The notes under the pieces: model-generated
Database searches by the model: none
Told to the model about the DNA's origin: nothing
Seen by the model: the letters and a program-made list of their open reading frames with translations, nothing else
Made by a program: the position numbers and the translations under genes
In this document: positions 1 to 13,035 of the stretch, one piece after another
Layout of the letters: each line of letters starts with the position of its first letter
Numbering within the stretch: the first letter of the stretch is position 1
Source of the DNA: Octopus vulgaris
Lineage: Eukaryota
DNA: 64,000 bases
Assembly: GCA_951406725.2 (NCBI GenBank)
Contig: OX597833.1
Span: 72,540,001-72,604,000 of the forward strand
Direction of reading: 5' to 3'

Positions 1-570
1 TCTTTGTTTCAATTGATTTCGAAAACAATAAAAAATTTATTATAAATTTATTAATTTATTATAAAGCTGGTGTTTGGAACATAAATTACCATGAAGTTTT
101 GATGAAAAGTTTTAATTACGATCACTTTAAAACAGAAAGCATGTATCATACAACCAGGGGTGGTTTCAGGTGGGTTGGTATAAAGAATGTTCGGCCCTTT
201 TTCAAGTTCTCAGACAACAGAAAACCAATACAACTGAACTTTAAATGCTTCAAAATTAAAAAAAAAAGATGTTTTATCCCCCTACAACATTCTTCAATCA
301 GTCCCCCACTTTAAGACCATCATCTGACCTTTGGATGTCATTCGTGGAGTTGAGTCTATTGCCAGCATTCAGTGCTGACCCCTGGACAGTGAATAACTTT
401 CTCCCATAAGTCACTGAAGCTTTGAAAAGGGTCATGGGCATTACTCTTTCTCCCACCTAAATTAATTTTTAAAAAGCAAAGAGGCAGAACCCCCCCCCCC
501 CTACCACCACCACCACCACCACCCACCACCACCACAACAACAACAACGTAACAATGTATCGGTTACTCAC

Positions 571-1362
571 CGGTCTTCTGGCTGTAGTGCTGATGTGATT
601 GACTGTGTTGTTGATGTGATTCGTCTGGTCCGAGAGTGGCTCCACAGGACTGTATCGGTCACTGTACACCTTGGCTCTCCAACCCAATGTGTTTAAGCTG
701 CTGCTATTGTAGTTTTCCAATGTCGAAGTAGGATCGTTCTTTGTTGATTTGTTGGAGACTCGTTCCATGGCAACATCCACACTGGGTGCCCGGCTTCTTG
801 AACCTGTTTGATTATGTGACTCTGGGTTTACAGTGCGTGATTGGCTGGCAGCTCTTAGGCGGGAAGAACTATAGGCATCTGAAGAACGAAAGTCCGAGTA
901 CCGACTTTGTGTGCTTGGCAAATCGACAACGCTTGAGGCTCTTGCGCTACGTAAAGTGCTACCACTATATAGACTGCTAGGGGAGCTCTTATAACTCCTA
1001 GATAAAGGGGACGAATAGTTTGATGTAGAATACTTAGAGCTACTGAGAGGTGTGTGAGTATATTCTGTTGGTTTTTGAGTTTTTGTGTACGAAGGCAAAC
1101 TGACATTTTCACTGTAACGTGAACGGTTGGTGCGTAAGTCCGATAAGAGTTTGCCTTTTCTGTCGAGTGGACCCGGTCCATCAGGGAGCCGACGTGAGTA
1201 AAGTCTGTCGATGGTTGAAGCAGGACTGCAGGAATAGCCATGGTATTTTAAATATCCAGAATCAGGGCGATAACTTTTCAGATAGCTTGATGTAGAGCTG
1301 GATGGCCCTGAAAGAGATAGCTCGAGAGAAGCCCGCCTTGAAGCAACAAGTGAATTTTGCAT
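571..1362 (-). CDS. First coding exon (264 codons, ends in phase 0) of a multi-exon gene continuing beyond the left edge; Ser/Tyr/Arg-rich low-complexity N-terminus; product unidentified (loosely like the long N-terminal extensions of USP2-type deubiquitinases, unverified)
   Basis: Long non-repetitive ORF MQNSLVASRRAS...ISTTARRP. ATG context ggcATG with in-frame upstream TGA stops at 1375-1377 and 1420-1422. Donor CCG|GTGAGT at 571/570; the ORF-track tail (VSNRY...WWWVVV) is intronic microsatellite. More GC- and CpG-rich than its flanks. Confidence 0.85.
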
Positions 1363-1431
1363 GCCTGGTTCTAATCAGTTCAACAGCCAAAATGTATCAA
1401 ACTTTTCCAAGTGGTGCCTTCATCTCACTAG
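1363..1431 (-). other. 5' UTR part of the start-codon exon, with a splice acceptor at 1432-1433 and an 8-codon uORF (1397-1423, MKAPLGKV*)
   Basis: Minus strand reads gtctctttgtttttcAG|ctagtgagATGaag, a polypyrimidine tract plus AG. The uORF is ATG AAG GCA CCA CTT GGA AAA GTT TGA. Confidence 0.7.
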
Positions 1432-1789
1432 CTGAAAAACAAAGAGACAATATAAATTATATATCCAAATAGAGATTATAGATTAGAAAAATCCCCAGCA
1501 AACAAAAATTTCATTTAACTGGGTGATCAATGAGATTTTACTGGGTACAAAACCAATAATGATATTTAACAAAGAATAAAATCAAATTAGATACATTGTA
1601 AGCAAGTGTCACTGTCATACAAGTAATATTGCCTGTCTCAAATCTTGTGAAAAATATGTTTGACCATTAGGAAACAATACCTTATTTGGAAACAAGTGTC
1701 AGTTGGCAACAGGAAGAGTATCAAGCTGGAGGAAAATTTGCCTCAACAAATTCCATCTGATCCATGCAAACATGGAAAAATGGAAGTTA

Positions 1790-2370
1790 AAATATTGGTG
1801 GTGAAGCATGATCTTCCAACGTTGGGCCTCACAGAGGCAATGACAAAAGACAGACCTCTGGAGATATGCTGTGACTGAGAAGACCTGGCAAGGAAAGTGA
1901 GTTCACAGCTGTGAGCCACACCAGTGTCGCATAATCAACCCACTCAAAGGTACCTTGGATTGTAGGGTGACACGCCAAGCTTGAGGAGACTTACTGAGTC
2001 AAGTACATCAAAATCAAATGGAAATTGTAGCTGTGATTCCTATGCTGGTGGCACATATGGCTGATGTCAGCACCACCTTGGCTGGCTTCCGTGCTGGTGG
2101 CACACGAAAAGCATCAAGCGATCGTGGTTGTTGCCAGCCTCTTCTGGCCCCTGTGCCAGTGGCACGTAAAAAGCACCCACTACACCCTAGGAGTGGTTGG
2201 TGTTAGGAAGGGCATCCAGCTGTAGAAACACTGCCAGATCAGATTGGAGCCTTGTACAGCCTCCTGGCTTCCCAGACCCCAGTCAAACTGTCCAACCCAT
2301 GTCAGCATGGAAAATGGACGTTAAACGATGATGATGATGATGATGATGATGATGATAATGATGATGATGA
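1790..2370 (+). mobile_element. 3' end and 3' UTR of an RTE-type LINE with a (GAT)n tail
   Basis: Reads VVKHDLPTLGLTEAMTKDR, like the RTE C-terminus, followed by the recurring gttaggaagggcatccagctgtagaaac...ggacgttaaacgatgatgat tail also seen at 5795-5945, 23240-23400, 26660-26825 and 35600-35765. Confidence 0.7.
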
Positions 2371-3370
2371 TATATATATAATGATGATATATGTATGTGT
2401 TATGTATATAGTGAGAGAAACTTGCTGAAGCTGCCATGCTGTGGGATTGAACCCATAACCACATGAGTATGAAGCAAACTTTTTAAGCATGCAGCCATGT
2501 CTACGCCGAAGTCTATATATGTGTGTGTATGTGTGTGTGTAATCAATGGTTTTGAATAAAATATCAAAAGAAACAGAGAATTATTAAATTTAACCAATGT
2601 TTTTGAGTAAATAATTATAATTTGGGGAACTCGTTGCGATTCCAGTCGAAATGGTTGATCAAAATAAATACAATTAGCAAGAAGCCATGAAGAATTCCTT
2701 CCGTTTTTTGTTTATCAAAGTTAAGCTCATATTTCTCTGCTACTGATGGCGTATATAAAAATATATGAAACACACGCACACACACACACACACATCTGTA
2801 TGTATGTGTGTATGTATGTATATATATGTATGTATGTTTGCATATGTATGTATGTACATGTGCCTGTATGTATGTGTGTATACGCACACACACACATATA
2901 TATATTTATAGTCAAACTGTCTGTCAATTAATTTCACAGCAAGGCCACATGGGTTCCAGACATGTTGGATATGGATGATTTGGTTTAACATATTGAATGG
3001 CTGCAGCTTTGAAACTCTTAACCACAAATAATTACGCAATGAGCAACAATGGAAATAAAAGTCTTTTTTCATATTTTCCGGCAATATGGGAAGCAGATCT
3101 GGGCAGGCTTTACGATACCCCTGAGTATTATTCTAATCTCTGAACAATAGACATTCATGAGAATTCTACTTATATAATAAATCTACAACCTTCTACATCT
3201 CCCAAGTGATTGGTTCATCCTTATTTCACTGAGTAAAGTGAAAGCTAAGCTTTACTGATGAGGTCTGAATAAGATTGAAAACTCACTTGGATTTGGCTCC
3301 AGTACTTGCCGTAAAAAAAATGAAGATAATGCCAGGAGTTACAAAATATCTTTTTCCTCTTCTTCTCTCA

Positions 3371-3427
<57 letters not shown>

Positions 3428-3865
3428 TCATTGTTTTATATGTCAGTATACAAAAGTGGAAGAATTCAGTTTCAGGTAAAATACTCAAAATATAGAATAG
3501 AGTGAACATATGTCTGTGTGTATGTGAATGTGTTTGTGCATGTATGCATGTACATATGTATGTATGTCTGCATAGATGTCTGTCTGTCTGTCTGTCTGTA
3601 AACAAAAACATTTTAAAATGGTAGCTGCAACAAAAGTGGGCATTTTGAATCTATTTGCATCCAGGTGTTCGACTCCATTAGGTTCCTGCTTTTGCTCTGT
3701 CTCTTCAAAGCTTTCTCACCTGGCAAACCTTCAGCTGCCCTCCACCTTCCTCTCGCCAATCCACTGTACCTTGCTTCCTCTACAACAAGGGATGCTGTTG
3801 GATGGAGTTGTCCATATTCTGTCAACACTTAACCATCCTTCTCTCTGTCTCTCTCTTCCATCATG

Positions 3866-3897
<32 letters not shown>

Positions 3898-4114
3898 CTG
3901 GCATGTCTATATATGTACATGTGTGTGTGTGTGTGTGTGTGTGCATGTGCATGTCTTGCATCCATTTGTGCATCTGTGTGTTGAAGGAAACGATTAAAAG
4001 GGTTGGTGTCAGGAAGGGCATCCAGCCATAAAACAAGGAAAAGTAAATGCTAAAATGAAGATGATCATAATAATTATGGTGATGATTGTGATGATGATGA
4101 TGATGATGATAAGG

Positions 4115-4153
<39 letters not shown>

Positions 4154-4729
4154 CGTGTGTTGTGTTGACTCAAGTAAAACACCATCTCAATTATAATGTA
4201 ACCCTATTTTTGTAGCTAAAAATCAATAAAATATTTTATCCTCTTATATAATGCAGCCCCCGAGAACAGCCATAATTATTTTTATATAATCTAAAAAAAC
4301 AGCAACAAAAAACAAAAAAAACAAAACCATGTAAAATCACTGCAAATTTAAAAAAATAAACATAAAATTTTAAAAATAAACACCAATAAAACCTTTCAAC
4401 CTTAAAATGGTTGTTGCTGCTGCTTTTGTGTGTAATTTAAATAATTTAGCAGTAAATTGAATCAGCAGTTTTAAACAATCTCTAAGCACCAAGCAACCAA
4501 GTGTTAACAGAATGAACAACTGCTGTGGAGAGTATTTGATACGGATTCAATGTTTTATGCCACAGGGAATGAAGTGTAGACATTAATTGTTAAATGTCCT
4601 GAGGGACTGCCACCTTTGGCAACTTCATTTCTACGTGTTACCTTTTGCACTTATTTTCCCTCATTTTAACACCTGGCTGTAATGGCTGACATCTAATTTG
4701 GAGACTGAGTTTGTTTTCTTTTTTAACAC

Positions 4730-4885
4730 AGAGTGGCTGTGAGGTTAAGAGGCTTCTGCTTCAGTGATGTGGTCTCAGGTTCAGTCCTATTACACAACAC
4801 TTTGGGCAAGTTTCTTCTGCTATAGGCCTAGGATGACCAAAGCTTTGTAAAACGGATACTGAAAGAAGCCAGTCATGTATATTTG
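4730..4885 (+). mobile_element. Decayed tRNA-derived CORE-type SINE (5' part)
   Basis: gtggctgtgaggttaag...ggttcagtcc...tttgggcaagt...ctgaaagaagcc; same family as 9960-10340 and 42610-42860. Confidence 0.65.
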
Positions 4886-5418
4886 TGTGTCTGTGTGTCC
4901 TTGTCTTGGCATCATGTGATGGTTGCAAATGAGCATCATCATCATACAAGATGCTGACCATTTCCAATTTTCCATGAAAACATGTCTGGCCTTGGGGAAA
5001 TATAACTTTACTTGGAAACAGGGTGACAGGAAGGGCATTTGGCCATAGAACATCTGCCTGAACAAACTTCATTTGACCCATGCAAACAGAAAAGTGGACA
5101 TTAAATGATGATTAACTTTCTTGTATTATCTATGAATAAATGTGAAGGTTAGTGGTCAAGGGGTTTGAGTGTTGGAATCACAATCATAAGATTGTGAGTC
5201 AATTACTGGTGGCACAATGTGTCTTTGAGCAAGGTGCTTCATTCCCCACTGCTTCAGTCTACTCAGCTGAGTACTGGGAGCCACACCCTTGATGCTCTAC
5301 TGGCTCAAGAAGTCATAAGGTCAAAAGGGTGTCTGGAGCTTTTCACTGCAATATCAACAGGCTCTCAAAACAATTGGTGAAAGTATGGTATATACTCATG
5401 AGTGTTGGCTTTGGGTCA

Positions 5419-5463
<45 letters not shown>

Positions 5464-5794
5464 TATATATGTACACACACACACACATATATATATACAC
5501 ATACATACATACAAACCCTGCTTGCACTTCAGGAGATCCCTGCTGGCGTCCTGGGATCCCCATGCCAACATGGTCAATTAATAGCAATCGAGGGGAAACA
5601 ATCCCTTGCTGTTGGCAGTAATGAAGTCTTTTTCTCCTCCATTTTCTAGAGAGGCCACAGGCCAAAGGTCTGAAGAAACGCTGTAAAGCTGACCACTTTA
5701 TGGACATGAAACTCATGGTAACCCCATAGACTGGCCGCATCTATCTGTCTGTCTGTCTATCTAGCTATAAGCATATAAGCATATATACATATAT

Positions 5795-5945
5795 GTGGTT
5801 GGCGTTAGGAAGGGCATCCAGCTGTAGAAACTCTGCCAGATCAGACTGGAGCCTGGTGCAGGCCCTGGCTTCCCAGATCCCCGATCGAACCATCCAACCC
5901 ATGCTAGCGCAGAAAACGGACGTTAAACGATGATGATGATGATGA
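5795..5945 (+). mobile_element. RTE-associated 3' tail repeat with (GAT)n
   Basis: Closely similar to 2190-2340; ends ggacgttaaacgatgatgatg. Confidence 0.7.
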
Positions 5946-5973
5946 TATATACATATGTAAACACACACACACT

Positions 5974-8039
5974 TCTAGTATGTATAAATTACAGTATGTG
6001 TGTGTATAATGACTAACGCATACATTTCCCCAATTCTCAACCGACTCTCTCCAAACTTTACACACACATTAGTTATGTCCCGAGGATGGCCATGCACTAA
6101 AACATTTTGGCCAGAACTCCCACGTAAATGGACATAGCCTTTTGTATGTAGGGTCTTTCATACTTTTTTAATCTTTTCATAAAACTGAAAGGATTTTATC
6201 TATTTATCTACTTCAACTGTCCCCCTGTGCAGTGACCCAGTCAGGAAACAGGATTTGGAAGCTGTCATTTTGTTTCCATGTAAATAAATGCTTATGTTAA
6301 TTTAAGAGATTTATCCAAAAAATCATATTTAGCTGTTATTTTTAGAACAACACGTGTTATGTCTCTGGTAATTTCCTTTCATGTTTATAAATCTCTCTCT
6401 TTCTTTTATTTGTTTCAGTCATTTGACTGTGGCCATGCTGGAGCACTGCCTTTAGTCGAGCAAATCGACCCCAGGACTTATTCTTTGCAAGCCTAGTACT
6501 TATTCTATGTTTATGTTAATTTAAAAGATTTTCGTTCTATGTACATAATATTTTTGTATGTAGGGTCTTCCATACTTTTTTAATTTATATCATTGTATAT
6601 TGGCATTAAAGAATATTTTTGACTGTGATTAAATTGACCAGGAACACTGTACATGATGAATATCCAACACCAAATTTTCTTAATCTCCATGTTTAAGCTG
6701 CATTAAACTTTGGCAAGCTTACCTTTACCTATTCTAAGTTACTCGAAAGGTGATCTTCCCTTCCCTCTCCTCTGTTTGTTGATACCTTTGTTTACCTACC
6801 AATGTGTTGTTTCACTTTAAGGATGCTTATTTACCCATCCATTATGATATTTCAACTGCTGTCCAATGTTTTAGCATTTGAGGTTCCAGCCTTTTTTAAA
6901 CAGTCTCAAAGAATCAACCGTTAAATAAGAGTTTTGCTACCACAAGGGAAAACTCTACGTATCTTTCAGAAAGCTCCATACCAATTTCACTTTATGTGGC
7001 ATTCACTGTTACTTTATATGCAGGCAATGTGCGAAGACAGAATAAAGGGGCTTTTGTTAGCTTATAACGGAATCGATAATCACTTGGGAGACTAAAACCC
7101 ATTTTCCTTTATCAGAAAATACAAACATGCCACCTAAAAAGAGAGCAGAAATTCTTCTGTAGCGACAAGGCAGCAGTGCTGGCAAGGCCAAGGAAACTGA
7201 GGACCAAGGGTCCTATAGACTGTTGGAAAAAGACCTGCCACTGCTGGAGCTGCAACTACGACAGAGCAGCGTGAAATGCTGCTGACGCAAGGACCGCAGA
7301 AACCCCATAAAGGAGTGCTATACATCAGGCACGCAACGCTGCATCTACTTCTGCCATAAGGGATGAAGAAGCTCCAGAAGAGAGTGCTATCCGTCGGGCA
7401 TGCAACTCTGCATCCACTTCTGCTGTGAGGTTGGCAGATGACGATAACCATCGGATGATGAGACTTCAGTTTAATGTTCATCGGGAGGCTCTTGCCCATG
7501 GATATTGGAAGCCATCAAGTAGCCGATGGGCATCAAAGGTGCTCAACTGTGATCTTGCTGAGGATTATACTACTCATTGAGAGACAGGGGATATGTCTGT
7601 AATATGTCCATTTTGCAAGGCCCTCAAGTGGGCTGGAGAACCCAGTGGCCTATGCATCTCAAACAGAAAGGTTTGTTTGCCTGACCTGCAAAACACTCCT
7701 CAGCCTTTCCTCTCTTTACTCCTTCGTCAACACCCTGATTTGCCGCAATTTATATAGAAAATTCACGCTTATAACCCTGCCTTCCAGATGACAAGGTTCA
7801 GTCACAAACCCATTCATGAAGACTCCTATATGCCAACGTTCAAAATTCAGGGCCAAACCTATCATCGGATGAGCTCTATTCTTCCTGACAACAACACTGA
7901 ACACAGATTCCTTCAAATTTACTCTATTGGAGATACCACTGAGCAAACGGCTCGCCAAGCTCAGGTGGCACCTGGAACAAAGTGAAAACAATACAACCAA
8001 AGCAACTTAAACCGTCCAAAGGACTGGTGCGTTTGCTAG
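5974..8039 (+). mobile_element. Internally deleted, degenerate Helitron with a RepHel N-terminal remnant (about 7127-7985) and a nested SINE tail (about 6395-6510)
   Basis: Translated remnants CPFCKALKWAGEPSGLC, AYNPAFQMT and YMPTFKIQGQTYHRMSSILP...RFLQIYSIGD match the Helitron RepHel N-terminal region. The 3' end has a hairpin accgtcc-aaa-ggactggt then CTAG|T at 8036-8040. The 5' TC start is approximate. Confidence 0.75.
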
Positions 8040-9959
8040 TGTGTGTGTGTATATATATATATATCTAAGGTGTATAGCACTATATATTCATTGTTGCTGG
8101 TCTTACCAATCAGTTTCACACTGAATATTAAATTGGATTAGATAACAGGCACGATTATGTAACACTGCAAGCTAGTCAGAACTGGCAGATGTTATTGGAG
8201 GCGAAAACCACATTCGGTTAACGAGTCTTGTGAAACAAGATGAACCAAACTGAACAAGGGTTTTATCAAGAGTTATGTCCCTTGACCCTAAAGGTCTCTC
8301 GATTCTCAGACGACCTCTGTCTCTCACTATATATATACACACGCACACACACACACATACACATATGTAGATAGACACATACATTTTATGGACTGTGTTG
8401 GTGCTTCGATGAATGAAGGTTCAGTAAAACACTGTTGCTTGACCAGAATCCTTTGCTCACCTGCGTGCAGGGTCAGAGCTGACCACCTCTGTCCTTATCT
8501 TTACTAAACTTGGAATTGGTGTCTTGGATTGCTGGACAACCTGCATGACGAATGCTTTTATAGTGGTTTGCATGGTTTGTGCAGGGCCAGTCCCTTTCTC
8601 TTGTCCTTCCAATTTGTTTTGGTCTGGTGCAATGTGTTACGGGCCCAGTCGTTATCAAGGTGCAGGAAATGTATGGGGTTACCTTTCCTTAGATGAGCAA
8701 CTAAAGAGCTGAAGGGCTCCCTTCTATCCTGGGTCTGTTGGGGTGGCTATGAATGGTCACATCTTCTCGAACCAATTCCATCACGTGCTGATTAACTCTG
8801 CCAGGTCAGAGAAGGCCTGGGGACATAGGGATGGGTGGGGTTGCACACCCAATGAAACCTTGGAACTCTTGAACCAGGACTTCACGATTAGATGCAGTCT
8901 AAAGTCATAACCAGGAAACACACACACACACACACACACACACCATAATCCGTCTGAGGCTTAGGAACTGACGTAACATTTCCTCCTGGCATTTCTTGGC
9001 TTCACTTCACTGATTCAATTAGTTTGCTTTTTCTTTTTTATAAAAGTCATTTTTTAATCATTACTTTCAAGAATTGTACTTTGGTTATACCGTGGCCATA
9101 CTGGGGCACAGAGTTCCTTGTAGGGTTTTCTTTAATCCCACCATTGCTTGTGTTGTAGACAGGTTTTTGTTTCTATCGACCCAAGAAAGGTGAAAGGTGC
9201 AGTTGAAGCTGGAGAAGAGGAATAAACTCCCCAATGTGTCTCATTAAATTCTTTGATGTGACTTAAATCATTTCCTTTGTGATTGTGTCACTAATTACTC
9301 CACACTGAGTAGGTTTGCTCTCGTTAATTAGAAAACTAATCTGACTTGAATCAGTCAATAAATGCTCTTTGCATTCAGAGAAAGCATAAACTGCAGGAAT
9401 TATCGTTTGGCAGGAAAAAGCAAGATTTGTTATAGTTTAAAGGAGACAGAAGCAGAGGTAACAAGGGATGGTCACCATTGGAAAAAAGCTAAGTGTTGAA
9501 ACGACTTCAAGTAGAAGTTCTTATACGAGGAGGAGGAGGAGGAGGAGAAGGAGGGGGAGTGAAGGAGGCTAAAAGGTTTCGGGTAGGACCCTTCAACTTG
9601 TCTGTCAAAAGGGTACTCTATCTCGAAATGTTACACTCCACATCCTCCTCTTCCCCTTAACTTATTCCAATTTCTGAAACTTTTTGCTTCTTACAGTTGT
9701 AGAGTTCATGAAAGTCTGATATCTTTAGATGATGGAGAAATAAGAATTTGTGGCAGTGATGCCTTTCCCAAAGGCGTTGGTGGCACAGGAGAAAAACAAA
9801 AGGTTGAAATGACCTTCAGCTGAGAAAGTCAGTTGTGTGGACTTGGCTGAGCAGAATTGTCAGGAGAATCCGTCAAGAAGTTATCCCTACATGACTGATC
9901 GACCTGCTAAAACTTGCAGCCAAATCTCAAATCACTAAATCACGCAATACAAATAATGA

Positions 9960-10340
9960 AGCTTGGCCGTGTGGTTGAGAGGCTAGCTTCCCAAGCAGGT
10001 GGTCTTGGGTTCAGTCCCACTGCATGATACCTTGGGTAGATGTCTTCTACTATAGCCCAGGGTCAACCAAAGTCGTGTGAGTGGACTTGGTAGATGGAAA
10101 CTGAAAGAAGCTCATCATGTATACATACATACATATGTATCTATGTGTGTGTTGTATTTGTCCACCCGCCACTTGCCAACCGGTGTTGGTGTGTTTACAT
10201 CCCTATAACTTAACAGTATGACGAAAAGGGACGAATACTAAATTTAAGAAGTACTTGGGTCCTGGGGTTAATTTGTTTTTACTAAACTCCTCAAGATGGT
10301 GCCCCAGCATGAGGCTGTAATCTAAGGATTGAATCAAGTC
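9960..10340 (+). mobile_element. Near full-length tRNA-derived CORE-type SINE, CpG-decayed
   Basis: A/B-box-like head (tggccgtgtggttg...ggttcagtcccac), ccttgggtagatgtcttc core, internal microsatellite, and a 3' ggtgccccagcatg...aaataaaag tail. Confidence 0.7.
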
Positions 10341-11007
10341 AAAAATAAAAGACAATAAAAACGTGCTCCCCACCCCCTATTTACTTGCCTCCAAGTGACA
10401 GCACCGGTCGTCCTTTCTCACCTGCTCACTCTCAGATGAAGGCGAAGAGCCCGAAATGTTAGATTCTTCACTCTTGACAGGAATTGAACTTAAGGAATTC
10501 GTTCAAGGAAACCCTCCTCTTGATTAATGTAGTCTGGTGTAGACAATGCCTGGAAAGAGAAAAGATGGGATGGTCAAGATTGGATTGCCTTTCATGGTAG
10601 GAACTTTCAATCAGAGCAAAATTGGAAAGGAAAAGGGCGAAACTACTACTACTACTACTACAATATTAACAATGACCTATATTTACGGTGTTATATATTT
10701 ACCATTTCAGGCATTACCCCCTCCATCACTACCATCACCATCACCATCACCAGACATGACCACCAAAGCTAGTAGCAGCAGCAACAGCACCAATACCACC
10801 ATGTCCACCACCACTCTCTCATGCTCATTCATTCAATTCGATTCATCTTAATTAAACAAACAACAAATAAAGCTGAAATTAATTAGTTAATTATAATCGC
10901 TATCTGATTTCATTTTCGATCTCCCTACCCCCCCCCTCACCACTGCCCCCCAGAGATAGAAAAGAAAGAAAAATACACTTCAAACACATACACACCCATA
11001 TACCCAC

Positions 11008-11051
<44 letters not shown>

Positions 11052-11540
11052 ACATCTATACACATATGTATATAGATGTGTGTGTGTTTGAATAGTGGGA
11101 AGGAAGCAGATTTTCGTGGATGAACATTTGCTTTTGAATGGATGGAGAATTCTCGAGAGAGTCTGGGTTATAGCTGAAACGGAGAAAGAGGAGCCTTTTG
11201 CTTTTACACTTACAGCCCCCCACCCCCACCCCCCTACCAGCCTCCCTCCATATTCCTTTCCTTCCTTCCTTCCTTCCTTCCTTTGTGGTTTTCTTTTTTC
11301 CATGTTACAACATCACTGCAACACAAGTTAACAGAGCAAGACATGAGAAGGAGGAGGACCGACTGATTAAGCCACATCGCCTGCATCTCTCTCTCTCTCT
11401 CTCTCTCTTCTATACAGACGTTACTCTCTGTCTCTCTCCGTCCCTCTCTCTCTCTCTCTCTCTCTCTTGGTGTTTTAAAATTACAAAACCTACATTATGG
11501 ACATTCACAGTGAACACAACATGAATGTATTTAATTGATG

Positions 11541-11583
<43 letters not shown>

Positions 11584-12084
11584 TGTAGCAGCAGCTGTAG
11601 CAGTAGACCAGTAAATATAGTAATAACTCATCCTTCCCCCCCCCACCACCCTGGTATAAGCAACAACAACAAAAACCCTGCCCATGGGAGAGAGAGAGAC
11701 AGACAGAGAAATGTGGAGAGCAGCAAACGGCAAAAGCTGTCTTGTCCATCTTGATAGCAAACAGACAGACAGACAGACCAGTCAACGAGGGAAGCTGAGC
11801 CGTCAAGGGAGGCCTCACGTTGTCATTCAACCTATCAGAAATGGCAGCTGATTCCACTCAAATCTCAACCAACTGTCTTAAGAGGAAAAGAGAGCTACTC
11901 AAGATAATGTAGGCCTAGATACACTATGCCTGGATCCATAATGAAATGAGTGTGGATGGAACATCTTTGATCATTGGATTCTGTACTGGTGTGGAAAGTG
12001 GGTGGTAAAAGATAGTGATGATGATGATGATGACGATGATGATGATTTTACACATACACACAAACAAGATGTTCAATACACACC

Positions 12085-12815
12085 TACATGAAAGGTGTGT
12101 TTTATAAATTGGAGCATTTCCTCAAACCAAAGGTTTTCATGCAGTTGGCATAAGTCAAAATTATAGAGATTGTTGCATGTGAAATATTCCTCTTACAGAG
12201 GCAATGATGACTATGCTTGGCTTACCAGTAACCAGACGAATTCTTTAGGTGTGTGGAAATAATCTTGTTTATACACACACACACACACACACGTTTGTAT
12301 CATGTGATCATAGAATTGAGAATGTCAAAAACATAATGAAAATGTTTAGAGCAGAAATGTAAGCAAATCCAAAGTGCAATGAAAGGCTACAAGAAAATAG
12401 AAATCCTGGTGTAAGATGTTGGAGGAGATAAATAAGGATCTATGTTGCAGGGTATTGTTGCTAGAGTCAACATTTGGAAGCGAGATCAAATCAACTGTTT
12501 TCTCCAGGAAATCAAGGTGATACTTTTCTTTTTATGCCAGGGTTACAGAGATGAAGGCCAAAATATGATGGAGCATTCAGCATCTACGATGTCAGATAGT
12601 GGCTGCAACAGTCAGCAACTTCCAACCATTTTTGTCATTGGATCTTGGCATCTCAGTATTAAAACCACAAAGAAGTTTATGTGCAACAGCTTCTCTTTGC
12701 ACAGATATTTCCAGATTGTGGGTTTCTATATGGTCATATGTGGATTCAGCTATATGGTCATATGTGGATTGACAAAGAAGAAAACTCCACAAGAAAATTA
12801 CTTCTGATCTATAAA
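12085..12815 (+). mobile_element. Possible highly decayed mariner-like remnant
   Basis: Weak similarity of translated fragments to Tc1/mariner transposase; no clear TIR pair. Confidence 0.3.
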
Positions 12816-12839
12816 AACAGTGAAGTATAAATAATGGCT

Positions 12840-13035
12840 TCATATGTTTGGCACAAGGCCAGCAGTTTTGTGATGGGGGGGGGGATCAACTGATTACATC
12901 GATTCCTCTGGACTCAACTGGTTCTTGTTTTATCAACCCAGAAAGGATAAAACGTGAAGTTGACCTCACTGGAATTTGAACTCAAAACATAAAGATTGAT
13001 GAAGTGCAGCCAAGTATTCTGCCTGGCATCTTAAC
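12840..13035 (-). mobile_element. Decayed copy of the tRNA-headed SINE family of 36984-37215
   Basis: gaaaggataaaacgtgaagttgacctcactggaatttgaactcaaaac matches the family core with CpG loss. Confidence 0.65.

Noticed and set aside
469-570. Hydrophobic C-terminus (LLLLWWWWVVVV) of the 297-aa ORF, resembling a transmembrane helix
   Set aside because: It lies past the GTGAGT donor and is a translation of intronic (TTG)/(GTG) microsatellite.
11410-11857. (CAG)n tract and poly-Ala/Cys ORFs as a possible exon
   Set aside because: No convincing acceptor/donor pair with an open frame; surrounded by simple repeats.
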